Below, one piece after another: positions 19,797 to 29,062 of a DNA stretch of 64,000 nucleotides. The position numbers and the translations under genes are program-made. Each line of letters starts with the position of its first letter. Positions within the stretch are counted from its first letter, which is position 1. The DNA comes from an uncultured Phycisphaerales bacterium (GTDB taxonomy: Bacteria > Planctomycetota > B15-G4 > CAYZWU01), in contig CAZUHB010000004.1 in NCBI GenBank assembly GCA_964620445.1, forward strand, positions 45,461-109,460, written 5' to 3'. The notes beneath the pieces were generated by a model. The model searched no databases, was not told the origin of the DNA, and worked only from the letters and a program-made list of their open reading frames with translations.

Positions 19797-22133
19797 TCAC
19801 TTCCCGCCGAAGCCCTGTCGCCACTCGAGCAGACTGAACCGGGGCGGCTCTCTGCCCATGAGATGGCGCACGAAGAAATCCCAGCACCGTTCCGCGGGAT
19901 AGCCGCTTCCCAGGTTGTGCCCGAACCCCGGCAGGATCAGCATTTCGAACTCCCTGTCAGCCTGTATCAGGGCATTGACGAATCGCATGGCCGACGCCGA
20001 CATGTTCACGTTCTGGTCGGTCTCCCCGTGAACGACGAGCAGTTTGCCCTGGAGACGGCCGGCGTTTTCCACGGCCGACTGGGACGCGTAGTGTTCGCCC
20101 AGCGGGTATCCCATCCAGAGCTCGTTCCACCACGCCTTGTCCGCGCGGTGATCGAAATTGCCGGCCAGAGCGATCGCCGTCTTGTAGAAATCGTGGTGAT
20201 CGATGAGCGCCCAGGCGGCATTGTAACCGCCTGCCGAGAACCCGTAGATGCCCACGCGCTCGAGGTCGATGAAGGGATACTCCTTCGCGGCCGAGTGGAT
20301 CCACGAGATGCGGTCGGCGAAACCTCCGTCGGCCAGGTTTTTGTGACAGAGATCGTGAAACGCCTTGGATCGGTGCGATGTGCCCATGCCGTCCGCCTGA
20401 ACGACCACGAAACCGAGTTCGGCCAGAGCCTGCTGCCGCCGTTTCACACCGAACGACGTGGGGGCGAAAGATCCCTGCGGCCCGGCATAGACCTCCTCGA
20501 TGAGGGGGTACTTCTTTTCTCGATCGAGATGGGACGGGGCGAAGATTACGCCATGAATGTCGGTCTCGCCGTCCCGCCCCTTGGCGCTGAACGGAATGGG
20601 CACTGTCCAGCCTGCATCGAGAAGGGCGCTCACATCGGCTTGTTCGAGCGCACAGACCAGGGAGCCGTCTTTTGCGCGGCGCAGGTTGACCGCCGGCGCG
20701 CGGTCGACGCGCGAAAAGGTATCGATCACGTACGCGCCATCGGGTGACCAGGCGATCTCGTGCGTGCCGTCGCCCTCGGTGAGGCGCACGAGATTCCGTC
20801 CATCGAAATCGACCGTGTAATGGTGCAGGTAATAGGGACTCTGGCCGGGCTCGCGGCCGCCCGCGCTGAACCAGATCTCCTGCCGCGCCTCGTCCACCCG
20901 TTCCACCGTGCGCACGGCCCACGCACCCCGGGTCACCTGCTGCCGGACCGCACCCGAGGCGCTGTCGACCAGGTAGAGGTGATTCCACCCATCCCGCTCC
21001 GACGCCCAGAGGATGGCACCGGTCTCCTCGAGAATATGAAAGACCCGCTTGTGCGGATCGATGAAGGTGTCGCTCTTCTCGTCGATGATCGTGCGCGCCT
21101 TGCCCGTTGCGGCATCGACCTCGAAAACGCGCACCCGTTGATAGCCCCGGTCGGTCTTCACGAAAGTGAACCGGGTCAGGTCGGCAGACCAGTGCAACTC
21201 GGGTGCGCCGCCCCAATCGATCGGATCGACATCGACCTTCACCGCGGCGCACTTTGGAAAACGCCGCTTGCCATCCCTGAGCTCGTCGGGCCGGGCCGGC
21301 TCGGGCTTCCGGGAGAGGTCGAAGATCCAGACCTCGCTCCGATCGACCCTGTCGCCGGGCAGGGGGTAGACCTGGCTCTCGGCAACAGGCCTCTCTTTCG
21401 GCAGGCCATATTCCACGGAACGGATCGTGTGCATTTTCTTGTTGGCGCCCCACTCGGTGAGGCAGGCCACGATCCGCTCCGAGTCGGGCGACCAGACCGG
21501 CCAGAGATAGCTGTGGCCCGCCTTGCCGTCGGTGGTGAGCTGGTATTCGTTCTCCGAGCGCAGTCGGCGGACGTGGAGGTTGTGATCCTTGTCGAACACC
21601 TGCCAGAGACCGTCCGGCGAAAGCCCTTTCTCAGGGGCTTCGCCGGGCTTTTTGCGCTGCCCGTCGGTTTTCCCTTTCCTCTCCGCCGCTTCGCCCACGG
21701 GGAAGCAGTGGTAGTCCTCCAGGGTGCAGCACCATCTCTTTCCGGCCGCGTCGAAATCGATCGAATCCCCTTTGAGCGAAAAGACGATCCTGTCGAAGGG
21801 CAGATCGTCGCTGGAAAAAACAGATTCCGCGGCCTTCGAAAGCGCCGCGGCCAGCCTGGAGTGATCGAAAGCCTCGGTGCGCGTCCCCCTGGCCGCGTCG
21901 ACGAGAAAGAATCTCTTGCCGCCGGGCGTGCCCGCGACGTACCAGAAGCGGTCAACCTCCGGCAGCCACCGGGCGTCGACCTTTCCGCCGACGACGAGCA
22001 TTTCGTAATCGCCGTGGAAAACCTTGGCAGCCCGCTCGTAATCGGAAAGCGTCCCCTGTGCCTCGAGGGAAGAACAGAGAAGAACGAACAGAGAACAGAA
22101 AAGAGCCGCTGTGCGGTAGCGAGAGGGTATCAT
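19797..22133 (-). CDS. S9 family (DPP IV-like) serine peptidase, secreted
   Basis: GIYGFSAGGY nucleophile elbow, HGETDQNV (Asp), GFGHNLG (His); DPP IV N-terminal propeller; ATG at 22133 has a GAGG RBS. Confidence 0.9.
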   Translation of the reverse strand: MIPSRYRTAALFCSLFVLLCSSLEAQGTLSDYERAAKVFHGDYEMLVVGGKVDARWLPEVDRFWYVAGTPGGKRFFLVDAARGTRTEAFDHSRLAAALSKAAESVFSSDDLPFDRIVFSLKGDSIDFDAAGKRWCCTLEDYHCFPVGEAAERKGKTDGQRKKPGEAPEKGLSPDGLWQVFDKDHNLHVRRLRSENEYQLTTDGKAGHSYLWPVWSPDSERIVACLTEWGANKKMHTIRSVEYGLPKERPVAESQVYPLPGDRVDRSEVWIFDLSRKPEPARPDELRDGKRRFPKCAAVKVDVDPIDWGGAPELHWSADLTRFTFVKTDRGYQRVRVFEVDAATGKARTIIDEKSDTFIDPHKRVFHILEETGAILWASERDGWNHLYLVDSASGAVRQQVTRGAWAVRTVERVDEARQEIWFSAGGREPGQSPYYLHHYTVDFDGRNLVRLTEGDGTHEIAWSPDGAYVIDTFSRVDRAPAVNLRRAKDGSLVCALEQADVSALLDAGWTVPIPFSAKGRDGETDIHGVIFAPSHLDREKKYPLIEEVYAGPQGSFAPTSFGVKRRQQALAELGFVVVQADGMGTSHRSKAFHDLCHKNLADGGFADRISWIHSAAKEYPFIDLERVGIYGFSAGGYNAAWALIDHHDFYKTAIALAGNFDHRADKAWWNELWMGYPLGEHYASQSAVENAGRLQGKLLVVHGETDQNVNMSASAMRFVNALIQADREFEMLILPGFGHNLGSGYPAERCWDFFVRHLMGREPPRFSLLEWRQGFGGK

Positions 22134-22299
22134 CGGCAACCTCGATCTGAGCGAGAGTCCCCGAGCTGGAGGACTCCCTTTTTCCGTGCCCGGTCAACCG
22201 GAACAGGATCCGTTTGTTACGTCTTCAACGATAATGATTATTAATGTAAGTTTAATCCAGTCCGATCATTGAGTTCTTGCTTTTTGGATACCCTCCGCC

Positions 22300-25221
22300 A
22301 TGCTCCCGATCTTGATCGCCATCCTGCTGATGATCGTACCCGCGGCGCAGTCGGACGAGACCGACCGCCTCGCGGACGCCCAGGTTCTTTTCGAGAATGG
22401 AGAGACCGGCGCGGCCCTGCGTCTTCTCGAGGAACAGGTCGCCCTGAATCCCAACGACGAGGAGGCGTGGACCCTTCTCGGTCTGATGAATCGCCAGGCG
22501 GCGGATGAGCTGATCGACTCTGGTGGGGACCCGACCGGCTATCTGGAGAGTTGCAGGGCGGCTCTCGAACAGTCCCTCGATCAGCAGCCTCTCGATCTGG
22601 ATGTTCTGGCCGTCTACATCGACACCTGCGATCTCCTCGGCGCCTTCGGGCCGATCGTCGCGCGCGCGGAGAACGCCTCGGGCCGCCTCTACCTGCGCGA
22701 CCGCACGGCGCCCCCCTGGCTGATCGAAGCGGCCGCGAGCGCGCGGGCGCGGCTGCTCATGGAGCAGAATCCGGGCGCCACACCGGAGTTCGTCGTCGAT
22801 TTTGCCCACGCCCTGGACGCGCTGAATCACGCGGCCGACAGCGCCGGGCCGAGCGCCCATCTGGTGGGACTGCGCGCCGATCTCCTTCACTGGGCGGGCC
22901 TCTATCCCCTCGCCGTCGATTTGCTCGGTGCCTCTCTCCACGCCATGCCAGGCCAGGTAGACCTTCACCGCCGTTTCATCGACCTGCACTTTTATCCTCA
23001 GATCGTCTACCGCCTTCCGGCCTTCTACGCGGAATTGAGCGCGGTGTACCCGGCCGATCCTACGGTGACGTGGTTCCGCGGCTACGCCGAACTGCTCGCC
23101 GGGGACCTGGCCCGGAAGGAACTGCGCCTCCAGGATGCCCGGGACCGCTACGAGTCGTGCTGCCGCTCGATGGACGAAGCGATTCTGCTCAGCCCCGGTT
23201 GGGCGGCGAGCGCCCGCGTCTACCGCTTCCGAGCGAAACTGGGGAAGGGGTGGTGCGCCCTGCGCGAGAGCGATCTCGAACGGGCCGGCGCTCTCTTTCT
23301 GGAGGCTCTCGAGTTCGCTCCCGACCTGCTCGATGAGAAGGACGGATTGGGCCGCTCCCTGCTCGATGCGGTAGGAAGGTTCGAGGCGGAAGTGGTGGCC
23401 GCCCAGCAGCTCGACCTCGGGCTGGAACTGGCGCGCAGGATCGCGGAAGTTGTGGGAACGGACGCTCAGCTCTACAACAACCTCGGACTTCTGCTGCGCG
23501 ACCATGGAAGCCAGGTTCAGCAAGACGCCCTCGCCGGGGAGAGCGGGATTCCGGCTGACGGCGATGATCCTGCCCGGGAGATTTTCGAGGAATCATGGAG
23601 CGCCTATGTCGAGGCGGCCGCACTCGATCCGAACAACGTGCGCATCGTGAACGATGCGGCGCTCATCCAGGTCTACCATCTGCGTGACGAACTCGACAGG
23701 GCGCGCCGTATGCTTCATGACGCGATCCGGATGGGAGAGGACCAGATCGCCGCTCTCGGCGATCAGCCGGACGAAGCCGCACGCTACAGCCTGGCCCTGG
23801 CAGTCGGCGACGCCTGGCAAAACCTCGGCTATCTCGCCCAGTACGTGGACGAGGATTTCGAGAAGGCTGCCGAATGCTACAGGGCGTCGATCGGCACGAA
23901 CAGCGGACCGCGACCGGCGGTGCGCGCCGCGCTCGACGAGGTGACGGGCAAGGCCGAACCGGGTCCCGATCCCTACAGCCGCGAAACCATCGCCGCCCGG
24001 ATCGCGCGATCAGGCCGCCAATCGGAAGATGAGGCGAGCGGTGACGCGGCCGACAGGAGCGATCGTTCGAGGCGCCGTTCCTACTTTCGCAGGCTCTCGG
24101 CCATGAGAACCAGCCTGACCTGGGAACCGTCCTTCGATGCGGCCCGGGAGCGGGCGCGGCGCGAGAATCGTCCCCTCTTGGTCTACTACCGGCCCGACGG
24201 GCTCGCCGACATCGTGGTCTGGGCCGATCGCATCATCGCGATGCCGGCTTTCGGCGAGCTGGCTGACGGCGTGGTCTGCGCGATCGCCGACAAGCAGCGT
24301 TACACCTACGTCGATCGCCGCGGCGACGGCCGGCCTGTCTGGTCGATCCGCTACGGCAACCTGACCTGTTCGGACCACATCCGGACGGCGGAAGAGTTTC
24401 TCGCGCTCTGGCCCGAGATGCGCCGTGAAGGAGAGCCGGTCGTTCCCGAGGAAGGCCTCTATTTCTTCACCGCCGGCGGAGAGCGGTTCGTGCCGGAGGG
24501 GGAACTCGATTACGACTTCAGAACGCTCTTCGAGTCTCTCCGCGAAAAATCGGGCGAACCGGAACCGGACAGGATTCTCGCCCTGCTCGAGGGTCAACTC
24601 GCCGGCGTCAACAAACCGAACAGGGCCGAGGCCGCCTCACTTCTTCTCGATACCCCGGGCCGGCCGGCGCGACAGCGGCTGGAAGAGCTCTTGTTCGATC
24701 GAGCCACACCGGACGCGGGCCGCGCCGCCCTGGTGAACGCCCTTTCGGGCCGTGGCGACGAGTATTCGACATCACTCTACGAGGCTCTGATCCGCCAGTA
24801 TGTCGACGCCGACCTGGCCGTGCTCGCCCTCGAGGCATGGTCGAGCGGCCGCAGCCACGAGCCGGTCCTCTACGCGCTTCACTGGTCGCCCCACGAGGAG
24901 GTACGCGCCGCGGCCGCCACCGCCCTGGCGCGCACGGGCACGACGGCCGAGGTACGCCGCATCCTCCTCGCCCGACTCATCGCCTGCCCCGAGGAGGAAC
25001 GGATCGCCGCGGCGCGCGCCCTCTTCCACGTGCGCGACCTGGTTCTGGGCGCGCTCGTTGCGCGTCTCGATCGCGAACCCGCCGGCAGAGTGCGCGCCGC
25101 TGTGTGCAACGTGCTCGCCGGCGTGGACGATCGTGATGCCCGCACCGCGCTGAAAGCGATCTGCGAGACCGATTCCGATCCGCGCGCGGCAGCCGCGGCC
25201 GCGCGTGCGCTCGGCGAGTGA
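22300..25221 (+). CDS. Secreted TPR + thioredoxin-like + HEAT-repeat protein
   Basis: Signal peptide; TPR helices; 'LTWEPSFDAARERARRENRPLLVYY' thioredoxin-like start; C-terminal HEAT repeats (EEVRAAAATALA, GRVRAAVCNVLA). Confidence 0.7.
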   Translation: MLPILIAILLMIVPAAQSDETDRLADAQVLFENGETGAALRLLEEQVALNPNDEEAWTLLGLMNRQAADELIDSGGDPTGYLESCRAALEQSLDQQPLDLDVLAVYIDTCDLLGAFGPIVARAENASGRLYLRDRTAPPWLIEAAASARARLLMEQNPGATPEFVVDFAHALDALNHAADSAGPSAHLVGLRADLLHWAGLYPLAVDLLGASLHAMPGQVDLHRRFIDLHFYPQIVYRLPAFYAELSAVYPADPTVTWFRGYAELLAGDLARKELRLQDARDRYESCCRSMDEAILLSPGWAASARVYRFRAKLGKGWCALRESDLERAGALFLEALEFAPDLLDEKDGLGRSLLDAVGRFEAEVVAAQQLDLGLELARRIAEVVGTDAQLYNNLGLLLRDHGSQVQQDALAGESGIPADGDDPAREIFEESWSAYVEAAALDPNNVRIVNDAALIQVYHLRDELDRARRMLHDAIRMGEDQIAALGDQPDEAARYSLALAVGDAWQNLGYLAQYVDEDFEKAAECYRASIGTNSGPRPAVRAALDEVTGKAEPGPDPYSRETIAARIARSGRQSEDEASGDAADRSDRSRRRSYFRRLSAMRTSLTWEPSFDAARERARRENRPLLVYYRPDGLADIVVWADRIIAMPAFGELADGVVCAIADKQRYTYVDRRGDGRPVWSIRYGNLTCSDHIRTAEEFLALWPEMRREGEPVVPEEGLYFFTAGGERFVPEGELDYDFRTLFESLREKSGEPEPDRILALLEGQLAGVNKPNRAEAASLLLDTPGRPARQRLEELLFDRATPDAGRAALVNALSGRGDEYSTSLYEALIRQYVDADLAVLALEAWSSGRSHEPVLYALHWSPHEEVRAAAATALARTGTTAEVRRILLARLIACPEEERIAAARALFHVRDLVLGALVARLDREPAGRVRAAVCNVLAGVDDRDARTALKAICETDSDPRAAAAAARALGE

Positions 25222-25261
25222 TCCGGCTGCGCCGTCTCATTCGGCGAGTGAGCCGGCTGCG
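25211..25261. repeat. 21-bp direct repeat, two copies, period 30 bp
   Basis: TCGGCGAGTGATCCGGCTGCG and TCGGCGAGTGAGCCGGCTGCG; the first copy contains the stop codon of 22300-25221. Confidence 0.8.
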
Positions 25262-25418
25262 GTGTTACCCACTTTTACTTTCATTCCCGAAATTCCTGCG
25301 GTTACAGTTTTCGAAGAGCCGCATAATTAACCCGGCACCCAAAGGCACCCGATCGAGACCGGCGAATCATCGGTCCCGCCCTGCTGCGCGCGGATCTGAT
25401 CAGAACTGGATCGTTGTC

Positions 25419-25595
25419 GTGAACCGCGATGATGAGCGAAATCTCCCGAATGCTTCCCGTGACGATCAGCGTCCGCCTGTTGCCGGTTCCGGTATCGAGC
25501 GATATGCCGAACTCTGCCGCCGCATCCTGGCCGATCCCGATCTCCTCGACGCGATTCTCGAGATCCTCGAAGAGCCCGACACCGAACCCGAATGA
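25419..25595 (+). CDS. Possible small acidic protein (58 aa)
   Basis: GTG start; C/G-ending codons in ERYAELCRRILADPDLLDAILEILEEPDTEPE; fills an otherwise empty intergenic gap; no clear RBS. Confidence 0.35.
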   Translation: MNRDDERNLPNASRDDQRPPVAGSGIERYAELCRRILADPDLLDAILEILEEPDTEPE

Positions 25596-25713
25596 AGCTC
25601 CCACGCCGATCGGGGAGGCAGCGCTTCAGCCGCTGGGATATGGAGCGCTGATCGGGTATCATGACCCTCGATAGCCGTTCCCATGATGGTGATGGCACGC
25701 AGGAGACCATTCG

Positions 25714-28700
25714 TTGAAATCGGCATATCGAGACGCACCGCTGCCTGGCGCAAGAGCCGGTATTTTCCTGATCGTGGCGAGCCTCTTTCTCGTCTCCGGC
25801 GCGACGGGGCTGATCTACCAGGTCGCGTGGACCCGCCTGTTCACCACTGTTTTCGGCAACACCACCCATGCGGTGAGCGCGGTGCTCACCTCTTTCATGG
25901 CCGGGCTCGGCCTGGGCAGCTACTACTTCGGCAAGATCGCCGACAGGCAGAGACGCGTTCTGCTGACCTACGCGCTGCTCGAGGTGGGGATAGGCGTCGC
26001 GGCGCTGCTTCTGCCGGCGGGGGTGGAGTCGGTCGAGAGCATCTATGCCGGCCTGTACAGGACCTTTCCCTCGTCGCTCTGGATTCTCACCCTGGCGAAG
26101 GCCGGCATCTCGTTCCTCTTTCTCCTCGTTCCCACCTTCCTCATGGGCGCGACCCTGCCCGTGCTCGGCCGGTTCGTGGTCAGCCGTGTCGGCCAGGTGG
26201 GTTCGCGCGTCGGACTGCTCTACGCGGTCAACACGCTCGGCGCCACCCTCGGCTGCCTGATCACCGGTTTCTGGCTGATCGAGCACTTCGGCGTGAAGGG
26301 AACGATCCGCGTGGCGGCGGCGGCCAACTTCGGCCTGGCGCTCTGTTTCTTTCTGCTCCACCGTCTCGGCGGACGGGCCGGCGCGCCGATCGATTCCGGC
26401 GGGACCGAAGAGGCGGACAAGAGCACCATCGAAGAGTCTCTCTCCACCGACCGCCGGCGGATCGTGCTGCTCGCATTCGGTCTGGGCGGTTTCTGTTCTC
26501 TCGCCTACGAGGTGCTCTGGTTCCGCGTTCTGGTCTTTCAGCTCAAGACCACGGTCTACTCCTTCTCGCTCATGCTCGCCGCCATGCTTACGGGCATCGC
26601 TCTCGGGAGCGCGCTCTTCTCCGCGATCGAGGCGCTCTTCGGCCGCTCGGACCGAGCCGCGCCGCGCGATGGCGGGCGGTACTGGCCCCTCTTCGGTTAC
26701 GTCGAGGCAGCGATCGGTCTGCTCGGCATCGTGTCGATCCCGCTCTTCGGCCGGCTCGAAACCTGGTCCGACACATTGAGCCAGAGCTCCTTCACGGGAC
26801 GGATGTTCTGGACCTATGTGATGGCCGGATGCGTCATGTTCGCGCCCGCCCTTCTCATGGGGGCGGCCTTTCCGGTCGTGTGCCGCATCTGGTCGCGGAG
26901 CGCGTCAACGATCGGCGCGTCGGTGGGAACGGTTTATGCCGCCAACACGGTGGGTTGCATCTTCGGCCCGATCGTGACCGGTTTCTTCCTCGTTCGCGCC
27001 CTGGGCACGCAGTGGTCGATCATGGTTATCGCCCTGGTCAACATCGCGGTGGCGGCCCTGGTTCTCCTGAAGGAGCGGTCGCTGAAGCACACGATCGCTC
27101 TCGGCTGTATCGTCGGCGCGGCTCTGGCCGGGGTCGTTTCCATTCCCGGAAACCTACTTTTCGAGTATTTCAACGTGGGGGAAAAACTCCTCAACAGCCA
27201 CGTGAAGATCCTCTATGCCCACGAGGGAGTGGAGTGCATCACGACGGTGCACCTCTATCCCGATCAGAACCGGGTGATCTCCACCGGATCGATCAACGTG
27301 GCCGGGACACCGCTCACGCTGCGAACGACGCAGAAGCTGCAAGCCCACATCCCGCTCCTTCTCCACCCCGCGCCGAAGGAGGTGTGTCAGATCGGCTTCG
27401 GCAGCGGCGAGACCTCGCACATCGTCACCTCTTACGACGTGGATCGGCTCGATCTGGTCGACATCAGCGCCGGCGTTCTCGAAACGTCGGCGCGGTTCTT
27501 CGACGATATCAACGGCGGCGTGGTCGACCATCCCCGATTCAACGCGATCATCATGGATGGCGCCAACTACCTGCGCGTCACGGACAAGACCTACGATATC
27601 ATTCTGAACGACGCCACCTGGCCCTACCTGTCCGGCTGCAACGCGCTCTACACGGTCGATCATTTCGCCGCGGGCAGGGCGCGGCTCAAGCCGGGCGGCA
27701 TCATGACGAGCTGGTTCCCCCTCGACCTGGCGATCGAGGATTTCCAGATCCTTCTCAAATCGTTCCATCACGTCTTTCCCCATGTGCAGCTCTGGGTCGG
27801 GATGACCCATCGCAACATGCACTCCCTCGTGGCCGGATCGATGGAGCCCTTCTCGATCGACGCGAGCCGTTTTCTTCGGAGGTTCGGCCGATATGCGTGC
27901 TCTGATCTGCGCAGCGTCGATCTCGACGATCCCGCCCTCTTTCTGAGCAGCCTCGTGATGGATCAGGACGCGCTCGGTCCGGAACTGGACAACCTCGGCC
28001 TGAACACCAACGACACACCCATCCTGGAGTTCGCCGAATCGAGAATGAGCCGCAGGGGGACCTCTGCCAACGTGCTCCCGTCGTTTCAGTACATGAACCG
28101 GAAGCGGGCGTCGATCCTGCCCTGTCTGCGCCACGTGGAGAAGCTCGGCGGGGCCGCGCGGGACTTCGTGAACGATATCGACGCGGCCCAGCGCGCGGCG
28201 GGCCACATGCTCTCGGGGCTCATCATGCGCGAGGTCGAGGACAGGCGTTTCGTCGCCGAGATCGAGCAGGCGCTTGCCGTCTACCCGAACCATCCGGGCG
28301 CGCTCCGAATCCTGAAAAAGATGCACCGCCTCGCCACCCTCGACACGAGCAAGTACCGGCGGATGAGCCCCCTCGATCTGCTCAAGACGGCAGAGGACCT
28401 CTTCCGGTCGGGCGCCTTTGCCAAGGCCGAGGAAGTTCTCGCCATCGGGATCGAAAAGGACCCGAACGATCACCATCTCCTCTACCTGCTCGGCGTGGTC
28501 CTCGTCAGGCAGGAGCGCCATGCCGAGGGCGTGGCCGTTCTTCGCAAGGCGGTGCGCATCGAACCCGACCTCGCGCCGCCCTGGAACAATCTGGGTGCGG
28601 CGCTCGTTTCGATGGGCGAGATCGACGCCGGAATCGGCGCCTATCGAAAGGCGCTCGCCATCGATCCCGAGTTTTTCGGCGCCCTCAACAATCTGGGCAC

Positions 28701-28941
28701 GGCGCTCGTGGACAAGGGCCGCATCGAGGAGGGGATCGTGTGCTACAGGAAAGTTCTCGGCCGCAAACCGAACATGGCCGAGACCCATTATCTCCTCGGC
28801 CTTGCCAACGAGAAGAAGGGCCGGATCGACGACGCGATCCGCTGCTGCCGGAAAGCCCTTGCCATAGAACCGGCGCCGCGCCTCGATCGGGCCGCCGTGC
28901 GCGCCGCGCTCGATCGCATGCGTGAGGCAAAGAATCGTTAG
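25714..28941 (+). CDS. Fused MFS-like membrane domain / spermidine synthase-like SAM-binding domain / TPR protein
   Basis: LFLVSGATGLIYQVAWTR N-terminus, many TM helices, IGFGSGET SAM-binding motif, DGANYL, C-terminal TPRs. Confidence 0.88.
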   Translation: MKSAYRDAPLPGARAGIFLIVASLFLVSGATGLIYQVAWTRLFTTVFGNTTHAVSAVLTSFMAGLGLGSYYFGKIADRQRRVLLTYALLEVGIGVAALLLPAGVESVESIYAGLYRTFPSSLWILTLAKAGISFLFLLVPTFLMGATLPVLGRFVVSRVGQVGSRVGLLYAVNTLGATLGCLITGFWLIEHFGVKGTIRVAAAANFGLALCFFLLHRLGGRAGAPIDSGGTEEADKSTIEESLSTDRRRIVLLAFGLGGFCSLAYEVLWFRVLVFQLKTTVYSFSLMLAAMLTGIALGSALFSAIEALFGRSDRAAPRDGGRYWPLFGYVEAAIGLLGIVSIPLFGRLETWSDTLSQSSFTGRMFWTYVMAGCVMFAPALLMGAAFPVVCRIWSRSASTIGASVGTVYAANTVGCIFGPIVTGFFLVRALGTQWSIMVIALVNIAVAALVLLKERSLKHTIALGCIVGAALAGVVSIPGNLLFEYFNVGEKLLNSHVKILYAHEGVECITTVHLYPDQNRVISTGSINVAGTPLTLRTTQKLQAHIPLLLHPAPKEVCQIGFGSGETSHIVTSYDVDRLDLVDISAGVLETSARFFDDINGGVVDHPRFNAIIMDGANYLRVTDKTYDIILNDATWPYLSGCNALYTVDHFAAGRARLKPGGIMTSWFPLDLAIEDFQILLKSFHHVFPHVQLWVGMTHRNMHSLVAGSMEPFSIDASRFLRRFGRYACSDLRSVDLDDPALFLSSLVMDQDALGPELDNLGLNTNDTPILEFAESRMSRRGTSANVLPSFQYMNRKRASILPCLRHVEKLGGAARDFVNDIDAAQRAAGHMLSGLIMREVEDRRFVAEIEQALAVYPNHPGALRILKKMHRLATLDTSKYRRMSPLDLLKTAEDLFRSGAFAKAEEVLAIGIEKDPNDHHLLYLLGVVLVRQERHAEGVAVLRKAVRIEPDLAPPWNNLGAALVSMGEIDAGIGAYRKALAIDPEFFGALNNLGTALVDKGRIEEGIVCYRKVLGRKPNMAETHYLLGLANEKKGRIDDAIRCCRKALAIEPAPRLDRAAVRAALDRMREAKNR

Positions 28942-29062
28942 CGCGACAGGGAAGCGGAAAAAAAGTACCCATCAGATTCGATATTTTTGATAAAATAAAA
29001 ACGGAAGCCTTCAGATTATTTTCGGTTCTGCTTCGCGGCAACGATTCGGAAAGAGGTGTGTC

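Noticed and set aside
25211-25261. Mini CRISPR array
   Set aside because: Only two copies with a 9-nt gap, and the first overlaps a coding end.
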